Positions 37,511 through 48,597 of a DNA stretch of 64,000 nucleotides are shown here, piece by piece. The translations under genes and the position numbers were made by a program. The notes under the pieces were generated by a model. The model was not told the DNA's origin and did not search any database. It saw only the letters and a list, made by a program, of their open reading frames with translations. The stretch spans positions 27,739 through 91,738 of the forward strand of contig JBQLZK010000023.1 in the NCBI GenBank assembly GCA_052168235.1. The letters are read 5' to 3'. The stretch comes from Thainema sp. Its GTDB lineage: Bacteria; Cyanobacteriota; Cyanobacteriia; Phormidesmidales; Phormidesmidaceae. Each line of letters opens with the position of its first letter. Position 1 is the stretch's first letter.

Positions 37511-38182
37511 CTATGCTTCTTCTTCGCTTTCCTCGGCTACTTCTTCGTCGCCTGCAGCCATTGCATCTAGCGCAGCAGCAACAGATGGATCAGCGGGCTC
37601 TTCGGTCTCCTCTTCAGTCGCCTGCAGTCTCGGTGCCAGTACCGTAGCGACAACCCGTTGGGGTTCATCGGCAGCTTCTACGCCCTTAGGCAGAATCAGT
37701 TCATGCACATGAATGGCATCACCAATATTGAGGTGAGACACGCCAATTTCAATGGCTTCGGGGATGGATTCTGGTGCGCAATTGACCTGTAGTTCCGTCA
37801 TGATCGTATCCAACGAACCCTGCTCATCGGTGACACCAATCGGCTCGCCCGTAAAGTGCAGCGGTACAGTCACTTGTACACTATCTTGAGCCGCAATCGA
37901 GAAAAAGCTGATGTGATACAGCTCATTTTTCCACGGGTGAGTTTGAACTTCCCGTAGCAGAGCCTTACCACTCCACGACAGTTCAGGCACCTTCACCATA
38001 ATCAGTGAGTTATTGATAGAAGCCTTACGCAGTAGCGTATCTGCGGTTTTGGCATCCATCGTCAACGAAAGCGAGTTTGTGCCATCATGGCCGTACAAAA
38101 CAGCCGGAATATGACCTTCTCGCCGCAGTGCGTTCGCTTTCTTGCCGTCTGGGCGTTTTTGACATTCAACCGTAAGTTCCAT
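37511..38182 (-). CDS. rplY: 50S ribosomal protein L25/CTC
   Basis: LRREG.IPAVLYG, REVQ.HP, CTC C-domain and acidic tail. ATG at 38182. Confidence 0.93.
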   Translation of the reverse strand: MELTVECQKRPDGKKANALRREGHIPAVLYGHDGTNSLSLTMDAKTADTLLRKASINNSLIMVKVPELSWSGKALLREVQTHPWKNELYHISFFSIAAQDSVQVTVPLHFTGEPIGVTDEQGSLDTIMTELQVNCAPESIPEAIEIGVSHLNIGDAIHVHELILPKGVEAADEPQRVVATVLAPRLQATEEETEEPADPSVAAALDAMAAGDEEVAEESEEEA

Positions 38183-38276
38183 AATCGTTCCCTCGTCGTT
38201 CCCTAATTGGACATGATTGTTGGCTGAAAAGCACAACTGCCAGATAAAACTGTTAGATAAAGCAGCTTATGCTCTC

Positions 38277-39620
<1,344 letters not shown>

Positions 39621-39964
39621 TTACAAGCCATAAAGTTCACACAAACTACAATTATCAACAGGCTGTGTCACGAGTGTCAACTCTAAGGGCAAGTTATAAA
39701 GACAATTATTTCAGGATTCTTTGATATCATGCTGCTTCACACAGCATCAAAACACCAAAATCCAGTGCCAACGGTTGGCTTTCTTTGAATAACCCCGTCA
39801 GCAGCAATGGCTAAACCTTGTTCAGTCATCATCCAGCAATAATCTTTATCAATCAGCAAATCCTGAATATGGTAAAACAGATAAAAATAGTATAAGCAGG
39901 TATTAATACTCATCAAGCTGATTAACTTCTTATTACGTTTCGGCATCCAAAGTGAGTTCAATGT

Positions 39965-40660
39965 ATGAGTTCTATGACGCTGACCCAAACTCCGCGTGTT
40001 TTGCTCGTTGAAGCCAACGAGCTATTAGCCCAGCACATTGGGAATGACTTGAAGGAGTCGGGTTATGAGATTTGTATTGCTCAGGATGCTGAAACAGGCT
40101 TAGCTCAGGCTCAGGCGTTCCAGCCCTCGCTGATTGTGATTGATCGGCTGTTAGCAGGTGAGTCTGGCGCATGGTTGTGCAGCCATCTTCGTAGTCAAGG
40201 TAACCGTACGCCAGTGCTATTGATGATGGCGCGGGATGCGCTGGAAGATCGGATTGCCTGTCTGGAAGCGGGTGCGGATGATTATTTTCTCAAGCCCTAC
40301 CAAACTGAGAAATTTTTGAAGCTGGTTCATCTTTATCTTCAGCCGGTTGAGACGGAGGTGGAGCAGCTTCAGTTTGGCGATATGATGCTGAATTTAGCCA
40401 ATCGAACGGTGTATCGTAATGGCCGCACGATTGATCTAACCGTTAAGGAATTTGAGCTGCTGCGCTATTTGATGGAGCATCCCCGTGAGGTCATGACGCG
40501 AGAGCAGATCTTGGAAAACGTTTGGGGATATGACTTCATGGGTGAGTCAAACGTAATTGAAGTCTATATTCGCTATTTGCGGCTTAAGATCGAAGATGAA
40601 GGGGATAAGCGGCTGATTCAAACGGTACGCGGTGTTGGCTATGTTTTGCGGGAATCGTAA
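39965..40660 (+). CDS. nblR: OmpR-family response regulator, NblR-like
   Basis: Atypical receiver (LLVEAN, IDRLLAGESG, LMMARD) plus a winged helix ending IQTVRGVGY. Confidence 0.7.
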   Translation: MSSMTLTQTPRVLLVEANELLAQHIGNDLKESGYEICIAQDAETGLAQAQAFQPSLIVIDRLLAGESGAWLCSHLRSQGNRTPVLLMMARDALEDRIACLEAGADDYFLKPYQTEKFLKLVHLYLQPVETEVEQLQFGDMMLNLANRTVYRNGRTIDLTVKEFELLRYLMEHPREVMTREQILENVWGYDFMGESNVIEVYIRYLRLKIEDEGDKRLIQTVRGVGYVLRES

Positions 40661-40870
40661 GTAAAGTTTAGACCTCGAATCCGTTTTCTGGAATTTCATT
40701 CCGGGTTTCGCTTCATGACTGAATCTTTTTGGCAGCCATTTCGTCAACGAATTGGTTCGTTAAACTAGCTTCCGTCGAATAGCTCAATGTAGGTTGAGCT
40801 ACGCTTAGCTTGTCGGATTTGAGTTTGGACATAACCTTTATGAATGTGCTCAATTCTATTCAGGATGAGT

Positions 40871-40902
40871 TGTTAGGTTTCGCGTGGCTCAACCCACCTA
40901 CA
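40871..40902 (-). repeat. GTAG-type REP-like element
   Basis: Reverse strand tGTAGgtgggttgagccacgcgaaacctaaca. A related gtaggttgagc lies near 40789. Confidence 0.5.
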
Positions 40903-40982
40903 AAATGACAGAAGTTGGGTCTTACAGTTTGAAGAATGGTGGGCAGTGCCCACCCTAGGACGTGCACTGGTTTTGAATTACT

Positions 40983-41558
40983 ATGCTGAAATTTTCTCGC
41001 TTCAAGTTTGTAAATGAATCGCGTGTGGTTAGCCTTGTTCCAGTTTTTCTGAGTATGGGACTGAGCGTTTTGCTACTGGGTTGTGCTGAGCAACCGTCGT
41101 CAACGAGCGCGGCTGATTTATCGGCAGAAGAACCCAACGGTCCGTCTGAAACCGTTACTTCATCCAGTGAAGGCGGACAAATGCTACCGATTACAGCTGA
41201 AGCAGATATGAATGGAAAAATCATTCAGCTTGAGGTGGCTGAAACGCAGCAGCAGCAGGCTATGGGCTTTATGTTTCGCTCCGAGATCCCCGATAATCGC
41301 GGCATGTTGTTTCCCTTTGATCCACCGCGTCGGGTGTCGTTTTGGATGAAAAATGTCCGTGTTCCTCTGGATATGGTGTTTCTGCGGGATGGTGAAGTCG
41401 TTGCGATCGCATCTAATGTTTCCCCCTGTACATCTGATCCCTGCCCTACCTATGGTCCACCAGAGGTCATTGATTCAGTGATTGAGCTGCGGGGCGGTCG
41501 TGCAGCGGAGTTGGGCTTACAGGCTGGCGATGCGATCGCAGTTGAGTTTTTAGAGTAA
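40983..41558 (+). CDS. DUF192 lipoprotein
   Basis: LLGC lipobox, LEVA.T, GMLF and FWMKN..VPLDMVF. Confidence 0.9.
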   Translation: MLKFSRFKFVNESRVVSLVPVFLSMGLSVLLLGCAEQPSSTSAADLSAEEPNGPSETVTSSSEGGQMLPITAEADMNGKIIQLEVAETQQQQAMGFMFRSEIPDNRGMLFPFDPPRRVSFWMKNVRVPLDMVFLRDGEVVAIASNVSPCTSDPCPTYGPPEVIDSVIELRGGRAAELGLQAGDAIAVEFLE

Positions 41559-41730
41559 AAACTCTGAAAACTCAACTGTGAAATTCAATTTTCCATTGTC
41601 TAGGAAAAATATTTGGTAAAGTGGCGTGTTTGCGGCGAAGAAAGCATATGCTTGGATTTACCTAAGTTTCCCTCTTATGGCGCTGAGAGTTTAGCCGCCT
41701 TCGGGGAATACTGTTAGCAGGATTCAGATA

Positions 41731-42180
41731 TTGCTTGCTAAGGCGACTGTGCCATCCATGTGGAAGAAACTGAAACATATTGTCCATGATATTCAGGCGT
41801 ACAGCGACCTTAGTCCTGATTGGGCCCTGCGTCATCGAGTCAATCAGTCGCTGCAAGATCGTTCGGCTTTAACCCTGCCTGCTTGGGCTAAGACTTTCAT
41901 GGACATCTACCAGGTATCGTATGAGACAACTTCGTTTGTCTATCGACGGTTTCCCGATTACTCCGGTATAGACTTCAGCCGAGTCCGACCAGGAGATCGA
42001 ATGACTGAGGATCTGCAATTTCCGCTCGTATGTTGGTTTGATTGGGAACAACAGCTATGTGAAGATTTTGAAGCAGAATTTGGGGCTGATTTACTGGATC
42101 AACTCGATGAAATTTCTCTTGCTTTGACCATTGATGATCTGATTGTAATGTTGGATCAGAACTATTCTTGGGTGCCGTAG
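41731..42180 (+). CDS. Conserved hypothetical protein (C-terminus resembles an acyl-carrier fold)
   Basis: Coding-like ORF containing RPGDRMTEDL...CEDFEAEFG...TIDDLI. Confidence 0.55.
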   Translation: MLAKATVPSMWKKLKHIVHDIQAYSDLSPDWALRHRVNQSLQDRSALTLPAWAKTFMDIYQVSYETTSFVYRRFPDYSGIDFSRVRPGDRMTEDLQFPLVCWFDWEQQLCEDFEAEFGADLLDQLDEISLALTIDDLIVMLDQNYSWVP

Positions 42181-42310
42181 TGTAGCGCTAAGGATTGTGG
42201 ATTAAATAGCCTACAAACCGTTCCATCCTTAGTGAAACGGCATTGCCATGTCACTACCCCAAAGATTTTACCCTATTAAATCTGCGTTCCTAAGTCAGTT
42301 CTGACAGGTG

Positions 42311-43375
42311 TTACTGGGCTACTTCGTAGTTAAACGTGAAGCGAATTGCCAGTGTTTCAGCTTCGTATAGCTCAGGTAGAGGATTAAATGGGGTTGCAGC
42401 ACGGACAGCTGCGATCGCAGCCTCATCTGCTGCCGCTAATCCAGAGGACTCAGTCAGTTCGACCTGAATCACATTACCCTCCCGATCGACTACAAACCGT
42501 ACTTTTGCCTGACGTGAAACCGTTACCGGCACCTCTTGCCAATATTGCTCAATGCGCTGATTAATTGCTTGCTGATAAGCTCCCATGACCTGATCTTGGG
42601 CTGCCGCAATGCTGGTCGTATCGGGGCTAGATTGACTGGCACGGGGAGTGCCGCTGAGTCCTGTTCCATCAAAACCGGACTCGGCAGCTGGGGCTGGTGA
42701 GGGTGTCACTTCAGGCAATTCGCTCGGGCTTAGTGAAGGACTCGGTGAGGTCTCAGGTTTAGGCAGCGGAGCCATTTGAGGGGTAGACAGTGCTGTTGAT
42801 TCGTCAGGCGGTTTCGGCAATGTGTTGGGTGCCGCAGGTGGAGGAGAGGCTGGAAGAGTAGGGGTTTGAGGATTGTTGGCAGGTGGGACAGCAGACGGTG
42901 CTTTGTCCGGATCAGGTTCTGATGAGGCTTTGGGCGCAGCAGAGGGCAATGGAGTGACAGACGGAACAGTTTGCTGAACAGGTTTTCGATTGGGCTGGGT
43001 GGCATTGATTGGCCGTGTTCCAGACGATATTGGTTTAGGTGTCGGATCAGTCGTGGCTTTCGGGGCCAAAGGAGAGGGTTTACCCGCATCTGGCTTTTGC
43101 GCGGTGACCTCTGGGGCGGTATCCAGCGTTGTATTGATGACCGAGCGCCGCTGAGTAGGGGGAGGAGACGATTGAGGATCAGGTGCATCAATGTAAACAA
43201 ACTCAATCGGTACGACATCCTCTTCAGCCTTTGGCTCTGGTAATAATGCTTGTAAAAGGTTCACACCAACTGCGATCGCACCAAGATGCAGAACGACAGC
43301 CGTAGCTAAAAACAGTACAAAGCGATCGGCCTGTCGGGTCGTGAACTGAGTTCGATACTTTTGAGCCAGAGTCAT
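42311..43375 (-). CDS. TonB/TolA C-terminal domain protein
   Basis: TM helix with H (AVVLH), a Pro-rich spacer, then V.F.VDREG...SSG...DEAA..AV...PF.PLP. Confidence 0.85.
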   Translation of the reverse strand: MTLAQKYRTQFTTRQADRFVLFLATAVVLHLGAIAVGVNLLQALLPEPKAEEDVVPIEFVYIDAPDPQSSPPPTQRRSVINTTLDTAPEVTAQKPDAGKPSPLAPKATTDPTPKPISSGTRPINATQPNRKPVQQTVPSVTPLPSAAPKASSEPDPDKAPSAVPPANNPQTPTLPASPPPAAPNTLPKPPDESTALSTPQMAPLPKPETSPSPSLSPSELPEVTPSPAPAAESGFDGTGLSGTPRASQSSPDTTSIAAAQDQVMGAYQQAINQRIEQYWQEVPVTVSRQAKVRFVVDREGNVIQVELTESSGLAAADEAAIAAVRAATPFNPLPELYEAETLAIRFTFNYEVAQ

Positions 43376-43671
43376 AGAGCAGAAACTGCTGCAAGTCGCC
43401 AATTCGTATCAACCTGGAAGGAAACCTCTCAGTTCCAACGAAACAGGGTTTAGAGGAAATTCCCAACTTGGCTATCTAATCACACTTTGTATAATTTGGC
43501 GACCGATATTCTAGTACCGGACTGAATCAACTACATCAAGTACAAGATAAAACTCAACATGTCGCAGGAGTAGACTGCCAATTATATTTGGCTCTGTTCT
43601 AAGGGTTGATGTACGGCTCTATGCGGTGCTTACATTACCACTTCGGTCTCCTAAGCTGCAAGGTGCAAAAT

Positions 43672-43765
43672 ATATAGTGATTCCAGTTAAGAGTGAGAGA
43701 ACGAGAGAGAAGAGGGCCTCAGGATGAGGCCCTCTTCTCTCTCGTTCTTATCTAGAACCGCTATA
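43672..43765. mobile_element. MITE-like element family B, copy 2
   Basis: Same ends and internal hairpin as 29641-29734. Confidence 0.7.
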
Positions 43766-43813
43766 AATACGAATCGATTGCTACGATAAGCCTCAGACAG
43801 TAAATACTAACCT

Positions 43814-44245
43814 ATGAGCGCAAAAATTTTACTTGGATTTGATCCCGGACGTGATAAATGCGGGATCGCCGTTATGGACACCGATCAAAAACTGTATGAT
43901 CACCAAGTTGTGCTATCTGCGGCTGTAATTAAGGCGATTCAAGACTATCAGCGCCATTATGCTATTGGTCAACTCATCATGGGCAATCAAACCTCCGCTA
44001 ATCAGTGGCAGCAGCGATTGCAAACTGAATTACCCAATCCACCTGAGATCGCACTAGTAGACGAACGCTACAGTAGCTTAGAAGCCCGCGATCGCTATTG
44101 GCAAATGTACCCAGCCCAGGGCCTGGCGCGCCTGATTCCCCAGGGAATGAGAACCATTTCGCGCCCTATTGATGACATTGTGGCCATTTTGCTGATTGAA
44201 CGATATTTGGCGGCTCAATCGATCAAAGCTGGGCCCGAATCGTAA
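43814..44245 (+). CDS. yqgF: YqgF/RuvX family nuclease
   Basis: LGFDPG..KCGIA, VDERYSS and IDDIVA..LIERYL. Confidence 0.85.
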   Translation: MSAKILLGFDPGRDKCGIAVMDTDQKLYDHQVVLSAAVIKAIQDYQRHYAIGQLIMGNQTSANQWQQRLQTELPNPPEIALVDERYSSLEARDRYWQMYPAQGLARLIPQGMRTISRPIDDIVAILLIERYLAAQSIKAGPES

Positions 44246-44516
44246 ACCAGTAGTCTCCACCAGGTTCTAGCTGATAGTCACAGCGCTCTAAAAAACGCCC
44301 TAACGGTTCCTGGATCAGTGCCCGCCCGAGCGAGGGTTGAATCAACAGCTTACCCTGCCGAAATCGCCACTGAAACTGCCATTCATATTCGCTTGCCCGC
44401 ACCTCTCCTTCAATACGGCCCTGGGGCCAAGACTGATGCGTGATACGAACATGGGCGGTTGTTTCGGGTAGATACTTTGCACTCACAGACAATTTACTCG
44501 TCGCTTCAAGAACCAC
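44223..44516 (-). CDS. DUF3146 family protein
   Basis: LPETTA.VRI, PSLGRALI.EPLGRFLE and LEPGGDY.F. Confidence 0.75.
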   Translation of the reverse strand: MVLEATSKLSVSAKYLPETTAHVRITHQSWPQGRIEGEVRASEYEWQFQWRFRQGKLLIQPSLGRALIQEPLGRFLERCDYQLEPGGDYWFTIRAQL

Positions 44517-44639
44517 TCAGGCTGCATAGTTGATCTGATTTCCATTTCACTGAGCGAACTCAGCGCTTAATGGCATGAGGTACAGGCATGAGGCATGAGG
44601 AGTAAGAGCCGTAAAGGGCTGCAAAGGCTACAAGGGGCT

Positions 44640-44725
44640 GTAAAAAACTCAGAACCCAAAACCTAGAACCTAGAACCCAATACCCAGTAACCAGTACCCA
44701 AAACCTAACACTCAATCCTCAGCAC
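44640..44725 (+). repeat. Degenerate heptamer tandem repeats (STRR-like)
   Basis: aactcag aacccaa aacctag aacctag aacccaa tacccag taaccag tacccaa aacctaa cactcaa. Confidence 0.75.
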
Positions 44726-44964
44726 TTTACTTTTTAGTAACCGTAGCCATTTGTGTGTCTATTTTCATGTATCTATGCGATCTTAAGACACGCTACACAG
44801 AACTCGCCACGCCTTCAGTAGCCTGTGAGTCATCCATACTGATTGTGAGTCATCTATACCGCTTTTGTACAGATTGAATGCAAAACCAAGAGCGACATCG
44901 CCAGCGATGTCGCTCTTGAGCATGCTTTGCAAAGTACTACTGTGAAGTACTACCGCGAAAAATA

Positions 44965-45366
44965 TTATCGTGAATTATTATCATCCCCTAGTGCTGGAAC
45001 TGTTCTTTCCGCAACATCGGGATAAAGCTCAGCCCAGTCCTTCACAGCTTCTCCTGCTTCTTTCGTAATTCTTTTGGCTCTTTCAACAGGCTGACCTTCC
45101 GTTTCATGAGCTTCAGCATTCCATTCACCCGTTGTTTTTGGGCGATCAGAATCATCATCCCGCAGAGCCTGCTTAACATTACTAGGCAGTGTTTCACGAT
45201 TCTGACCAGCTAAAGCGGCTGCAGGTGCCACCGTTAGCAGTGTCATCATACCAATGAGTAAAAAAGTAAACAGATTTTTGAACTTGATTCTCTGAAGGAA
45301 TGTTCCCAAACGGTTGGTAAGAGTCGTTAAATTAATCATCATCACAAAAATTAGGTTGATTTGCAC
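44965..45366 (-). CDS. Hypothetical exported protein
   Basis: Signal-like helix ending AALA and a charged C-terminus (RPKTTGEW). Start uncertain. Confidence 0.6.
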   Translation of the reverse strand: MQINLIFVMMINLTTLTNRLGTFLQRIKFKNLFTFLLIGMMTLLTVAPAAALAGQNRETLPSNVKQALRDDDSDRPKTTGEWNAEAHETEGQPVERAKRITKEAGEAVKDWAELYPDVAERTVPALGDDNNSR

Positions 45367-45574
45367 AGAATTATGCTAACGATGGAAAGCTACAGGCTAA
45401 TCCTTCGAGAGTCATAATCTGTAGCTGCAAAAGAGTGAAAAGTTCTATGATTTTCCCTCTGAAAGTTGCAGAAGTTGGGTATTCCGCCATCGAAAGGTTG
45501 GCTGAAATCGTTAAACTGATAAGGAGCAAGGCTTACAGCAAAACGTTGAAAACAGAAGGTTTAGGTGTCACTGC

Positions 45575-46231
45575 ATGGTTCTTTTTGGATTTAACAAAAA
45601 AACGTCAATGCCATCCTCCGATCAAGCATTGCCGGGACGGAGCGAAACAATGCCCGTACCCGATAAGCACTATGTCAACGGCAATTCGCTCACGCCTCCT
45701 TTTCCCGAAGGCATGAAGATGGTGCTGTTTGGCTTGGGCTGCTTCTGGGGCGCTGAGCGCAAGTTTTGGCAGCAAGACGGTGTTTACTCTACCTCCGTTG
45801 GCTATGCGGCTGGCTACACGCCTAATCCCACTTATCAAGAAGTTTGCTCTGGTCGCACAGGTCACAACGAAGTCGTGCGCGTTGTGTACGACCCTAATGT
45901 GATTAGCTACGAGCAACTGCTCAAGGTCTTCTGGGAAAGCCACAACCCAACTCAAGGGATGCGCCAAGGCAATGACGTGGGCACCCAGTATCGCTCCGGC
46001 ATTTATGTCTACTCCGACGAACAGCGTAAGCTGGCTGAAGCGTCGAAGCAGATGTATCAGGACGCGCTGAAAAAAGCTGGCTATGGCGAAATCACCACCG
46101 AAATCCTAGATGCACCTGAGTTCTACTACGCGGAAGAGTATCACCAGCAATACCTGGCCAAGAACCCCAACGGCTACTGCGGCTTAGGCGGTACATCGGT
46201 AAGCTGTCCGGTTGGAGTTCAGACCGCTTAA
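45575..46231 (+). CDS. msrA: Peptide methionine sulfoxide reductase A
   Basis: [23 protein letters not shown] and AEEYHQQY. Confidence 0.96.
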   Translation: MVLFGFNKKTSMPSSDQALPGRSETMPVPDKHYVNGNSLTPPFPEGMKMVLFGLGCFWGAERKFWQQDGVYSTSVGYAAGYTPNPTYQEVCSGRTGHNEVVRVVYDPNVISYEQLLKVFWESHNPTQGMRQGNDVGTQYRSGIYVYSDEQRKLAEASKQMYQDALKKAGYGEITTEILDAPEFYYAEEYHQQYLAKNPNGYCGLGGTSVSCPVGVQTA

Positions 46232-46424
46232 GGTTGAACCGACCACATCGGATGCCAGTAGGTCTTGAATAGTTGAGAAAGGGAGATTACGTTGCTGTCA
46301 TCTCCCTTTCTCGGTTCTGGAGTAAAAATGGGAACCTTTAGCACAGGCAGTGCGTCAGGGCGATTACGGTTACGACTATTTGTTCATCTTTGTTCATTCA
46401 CACACCAAACGTTAAGGGGGAAAC

Positions 46425-47192
46425 ATGGCACAAATGCCACAATCTAACGGGGTGCGATCGCACATTCGCTGGATCGCCTTGGGCACCAGCAGCGCTTTAC
46501 TTCTAGGCAGTACAGCGTTAATGGCCGGATCGGCTGTTGCCCAATCGTCGCAAACTGAAGCGGAAGAAGACGTTGCAGCAGCTGAAACCACGACGGGCAG
46601 AGAAGACAGCCCGCGTTTTGCCTGCCAGATGGTTAACGGGCAGCATACCGTCATGTATATGCCAGAAAGCCAGCCCGGTGAAGCCTATGCCTGGGCTACG
46701 CCGACTGAGTTGGGTGGCGGTTGGACGGAAGAGCGGCGCTGCGGCGAAATTGCCCGTCGTTTGGAAGAGTATCGCCCCGATGGTCTAGTTGAGCTGCAAA
46801 ACTCGGTTGAAAACGGCTATGACATTGTCTGCGTAACATCTGAAGATAATCCGGCTTGTCGCATTGTCTTTACCGTTCCCCCCGGTCAAGACCCTGTGCA
46901 AACCCGCGATCGCGTTTTTGATAACATTGCTTCGGCTAACAGCGGTGAAATAACCCAGAGCGTTTATACCTTCCAAGATGCTAATCAGGGTGGCGATATC
47001 CTCAACCAAATTGGTGAAGCACTGGATATCAATCTGCCGGGTATGGGTAGCCTCGGTAATACCTCTGGTTATTCCGGGGATGGTATTTATCTGAAGCCAT
47101 TCCTTGATGCGTCTGATCGCGGTACGGGTGAGTTCTTGCAAGAAGGCCGTTCATCCGGTGGTCGTCAACTGAACCCCGATAGCTTCCGCTAA
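46425..47192 (+). CDS. COP23 (circadian oscillating protein) domain protein
   Basis: Signal peptide, RF.C, GGGW..ERRC.EIARR, NGY..VC, and C...FT.PPG.DP. Confidence 0.8.
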   Translation: MAQMPQSNGVRSHIRWIALGTSSALLLGSTALMAGSAVAQSSQTEAEEDVAAAETTTGREDSPRFACQMVNGQHTVMYMPESQPGEAYAWATPTELGGGWTEERRCGEIARRLEEYRPDGLVELQNSVENGYDIVCVTSEDNPACRIVFTVPPGQDPVQTRDRVFDNIASANSGEITQSVYTFQDANQGGDILNQIGEALDINLPGMGSLGNTSGYSGDGIYLKPFLDASDRGTGEFLQEGRSSGGRQLNPDSFR

Positions 47193-47303
47193 ATTTTGCT
47201 TGAGTTTCGCTGGTGCAAAGCGCCATACGAACTGTTCTCCTGATCTGAAAAACGAGTTGGCGTCCTATCAGCTAGCTCGTTTTTTTCCGTTTTTTAGATT
47301 GAG

Positions 47304-47380
47304 TCCATACCGAAGAACCCATTTAGGCTTTGTGCAAGGCTGGCTGGCCTTGTACAAAGCCTAAATGGGTTCTTCGGGTT
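47304..47380. repeat. Long palindrome between convergent genes
   Basis: ccgaagaacccatttaggctttgtgcaaggc...gccttgtacaaagcctaaatgggttcttcgg. Confidence 0.8.
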
Positions 47381-47415
47381 TTAATTTGTATTATGCGTCT
47401 CTGATCCGTCAACGT

Positions 47416-48444
47416 TTACGCTTCAGCACTCGTACTAGAACTGCTAGAACTAGAAGCCTTAGATCGACTACTACTGCGGGTTTGACGACTGCGTGTGGTG
47501 CTGCGAGTCCGGGATGCTGTGGTCTTACGCTGTGATTTTTGCAAAGCTTTTTGAGCGAGGGTGGCCACTTCAGCGGGAGTAGATGCGATCGCAACTTTAG
47601 CGGCTTTCATGGCTGCAACTTTACCATCTGCACTACCCAAGGACGATTCGATTAGCTCCACGGGCACAGAGCTAGCCATAGCCTGGGAGGCAATAATCGC
47701 GCCCAAGTGACCGATATAGGTTCCACCCGGCACATAGCGACCTGAGATATAAGCCACTACGGGCTTGTCAATTGCTTCTTTAATGTAGGCCGCCGCCTGT
47801 TCCTCGCTTTCGCCACCCGTTTCCCCGATTAGGACAATCAGTTCCGTCTTGTCATCTTCTTCTAAAATCTGTAACCACTGGGGAAAGGTCGAACCAATCA
47901 CCGCATCGCTACCAAGTCCCACACAAATCGACTGGCCTAATCCCGCTTGGCTTAACTCAGATGCTACTTCAAAGGTTAGAGTGCTGCTGCGGCTAATAAT
48001 GCCGACAGAACCCGGTTGAAAACAGAAGCGGGGATAAGTGCCCAGTAGAAGCTGATCCGGCACAATTAGCCCCGGTGAGTTAGGGCCAAGAATCAACGTA
48101 TCTGTTTCCTCAGCCCGACGAATCAACTGCACCATGTCGAGGGGCGGAATTCCCTTGCTGATTAAGACAATTTGTCGAATTCCAGCTGCGATCGCTTCCA
48201 GTGCTGCATCCAACGCTAAATGCGGATCGGTGCAGATCACGGTTGTATCAATCGGGCCAAACTCGTCCACCGCCTGACTGACTAAGTCAAAGACAGGAAT
48301 CTCTGCCAAGCTCTCACCGCCATGCCCCGGACTAATGCCCGCCACAATCGGCGATCCATAGGCTTTCATCACAGGCGTATAGGCCAAGCTAATCGGCTCC
48401 ATGATGCCTTGAATGAGTATTGTGCTGTCCGTGGTAAAGTTCAT
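47416..48444 (-). CDS. sucD: Succinyl-CoA ligase alpha subunit (divergent cyanobacterial type)
   Basis: LGPNSPG, GIISRS.TLT.E, GQS.CVGLG.D, IGE.GG and phospho-His GHLGA. Ser/Arg-rich tail. Confidence 0.88.
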   Translation of the reverse strand: MNFTTDSTILIQGIMEPISLAYTPVMKAYGSPIVAGISPGHGGESLAEIPVFDLVSQAVDEFGPIDTTVICTDPHLALDAALEAIAAGIRQIVLISKGIPPLDMVQLIRRAEETDTLILGPNSPGLIVPDQLLLGTYPRFCFQPGSVGIISRSSTLTFEVASELSQAGLGQSICVGLGSDAVIGSTFPQWLQILEEDDKTELIVLIGETGGESEEQAAAYIKEAIDKPVVAYISGRYVPGGTYIGHLGAIIASQAMASSVPVELIESSLGSADGKVAAMKAAKVAIASTPAEVATLAQKALQKSQRKTTASRTRSTTRSRQTRSSSRSKASSSSSSSTSAEA

Positions 48445-48597
48445 AGCGATAAATCCTCAGAAACACCCAACAGGTTGGTGGTGGTACAACAATCGACGGG
48501 ATAGGTTGAACAGGGCATCAATACAAACACAATACAAACGCCAGTCGGGCACAGTCAGTCAGTTGATGAAGCTGGAATCAGTGGGGCAGAAGTCAAC

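Noticed and set aside
44570..44960. CRISPR array
   Set aside because: The repeats are 7-17 bp, degenerate, and lack unique spacers of regular length. No cas genes are present.
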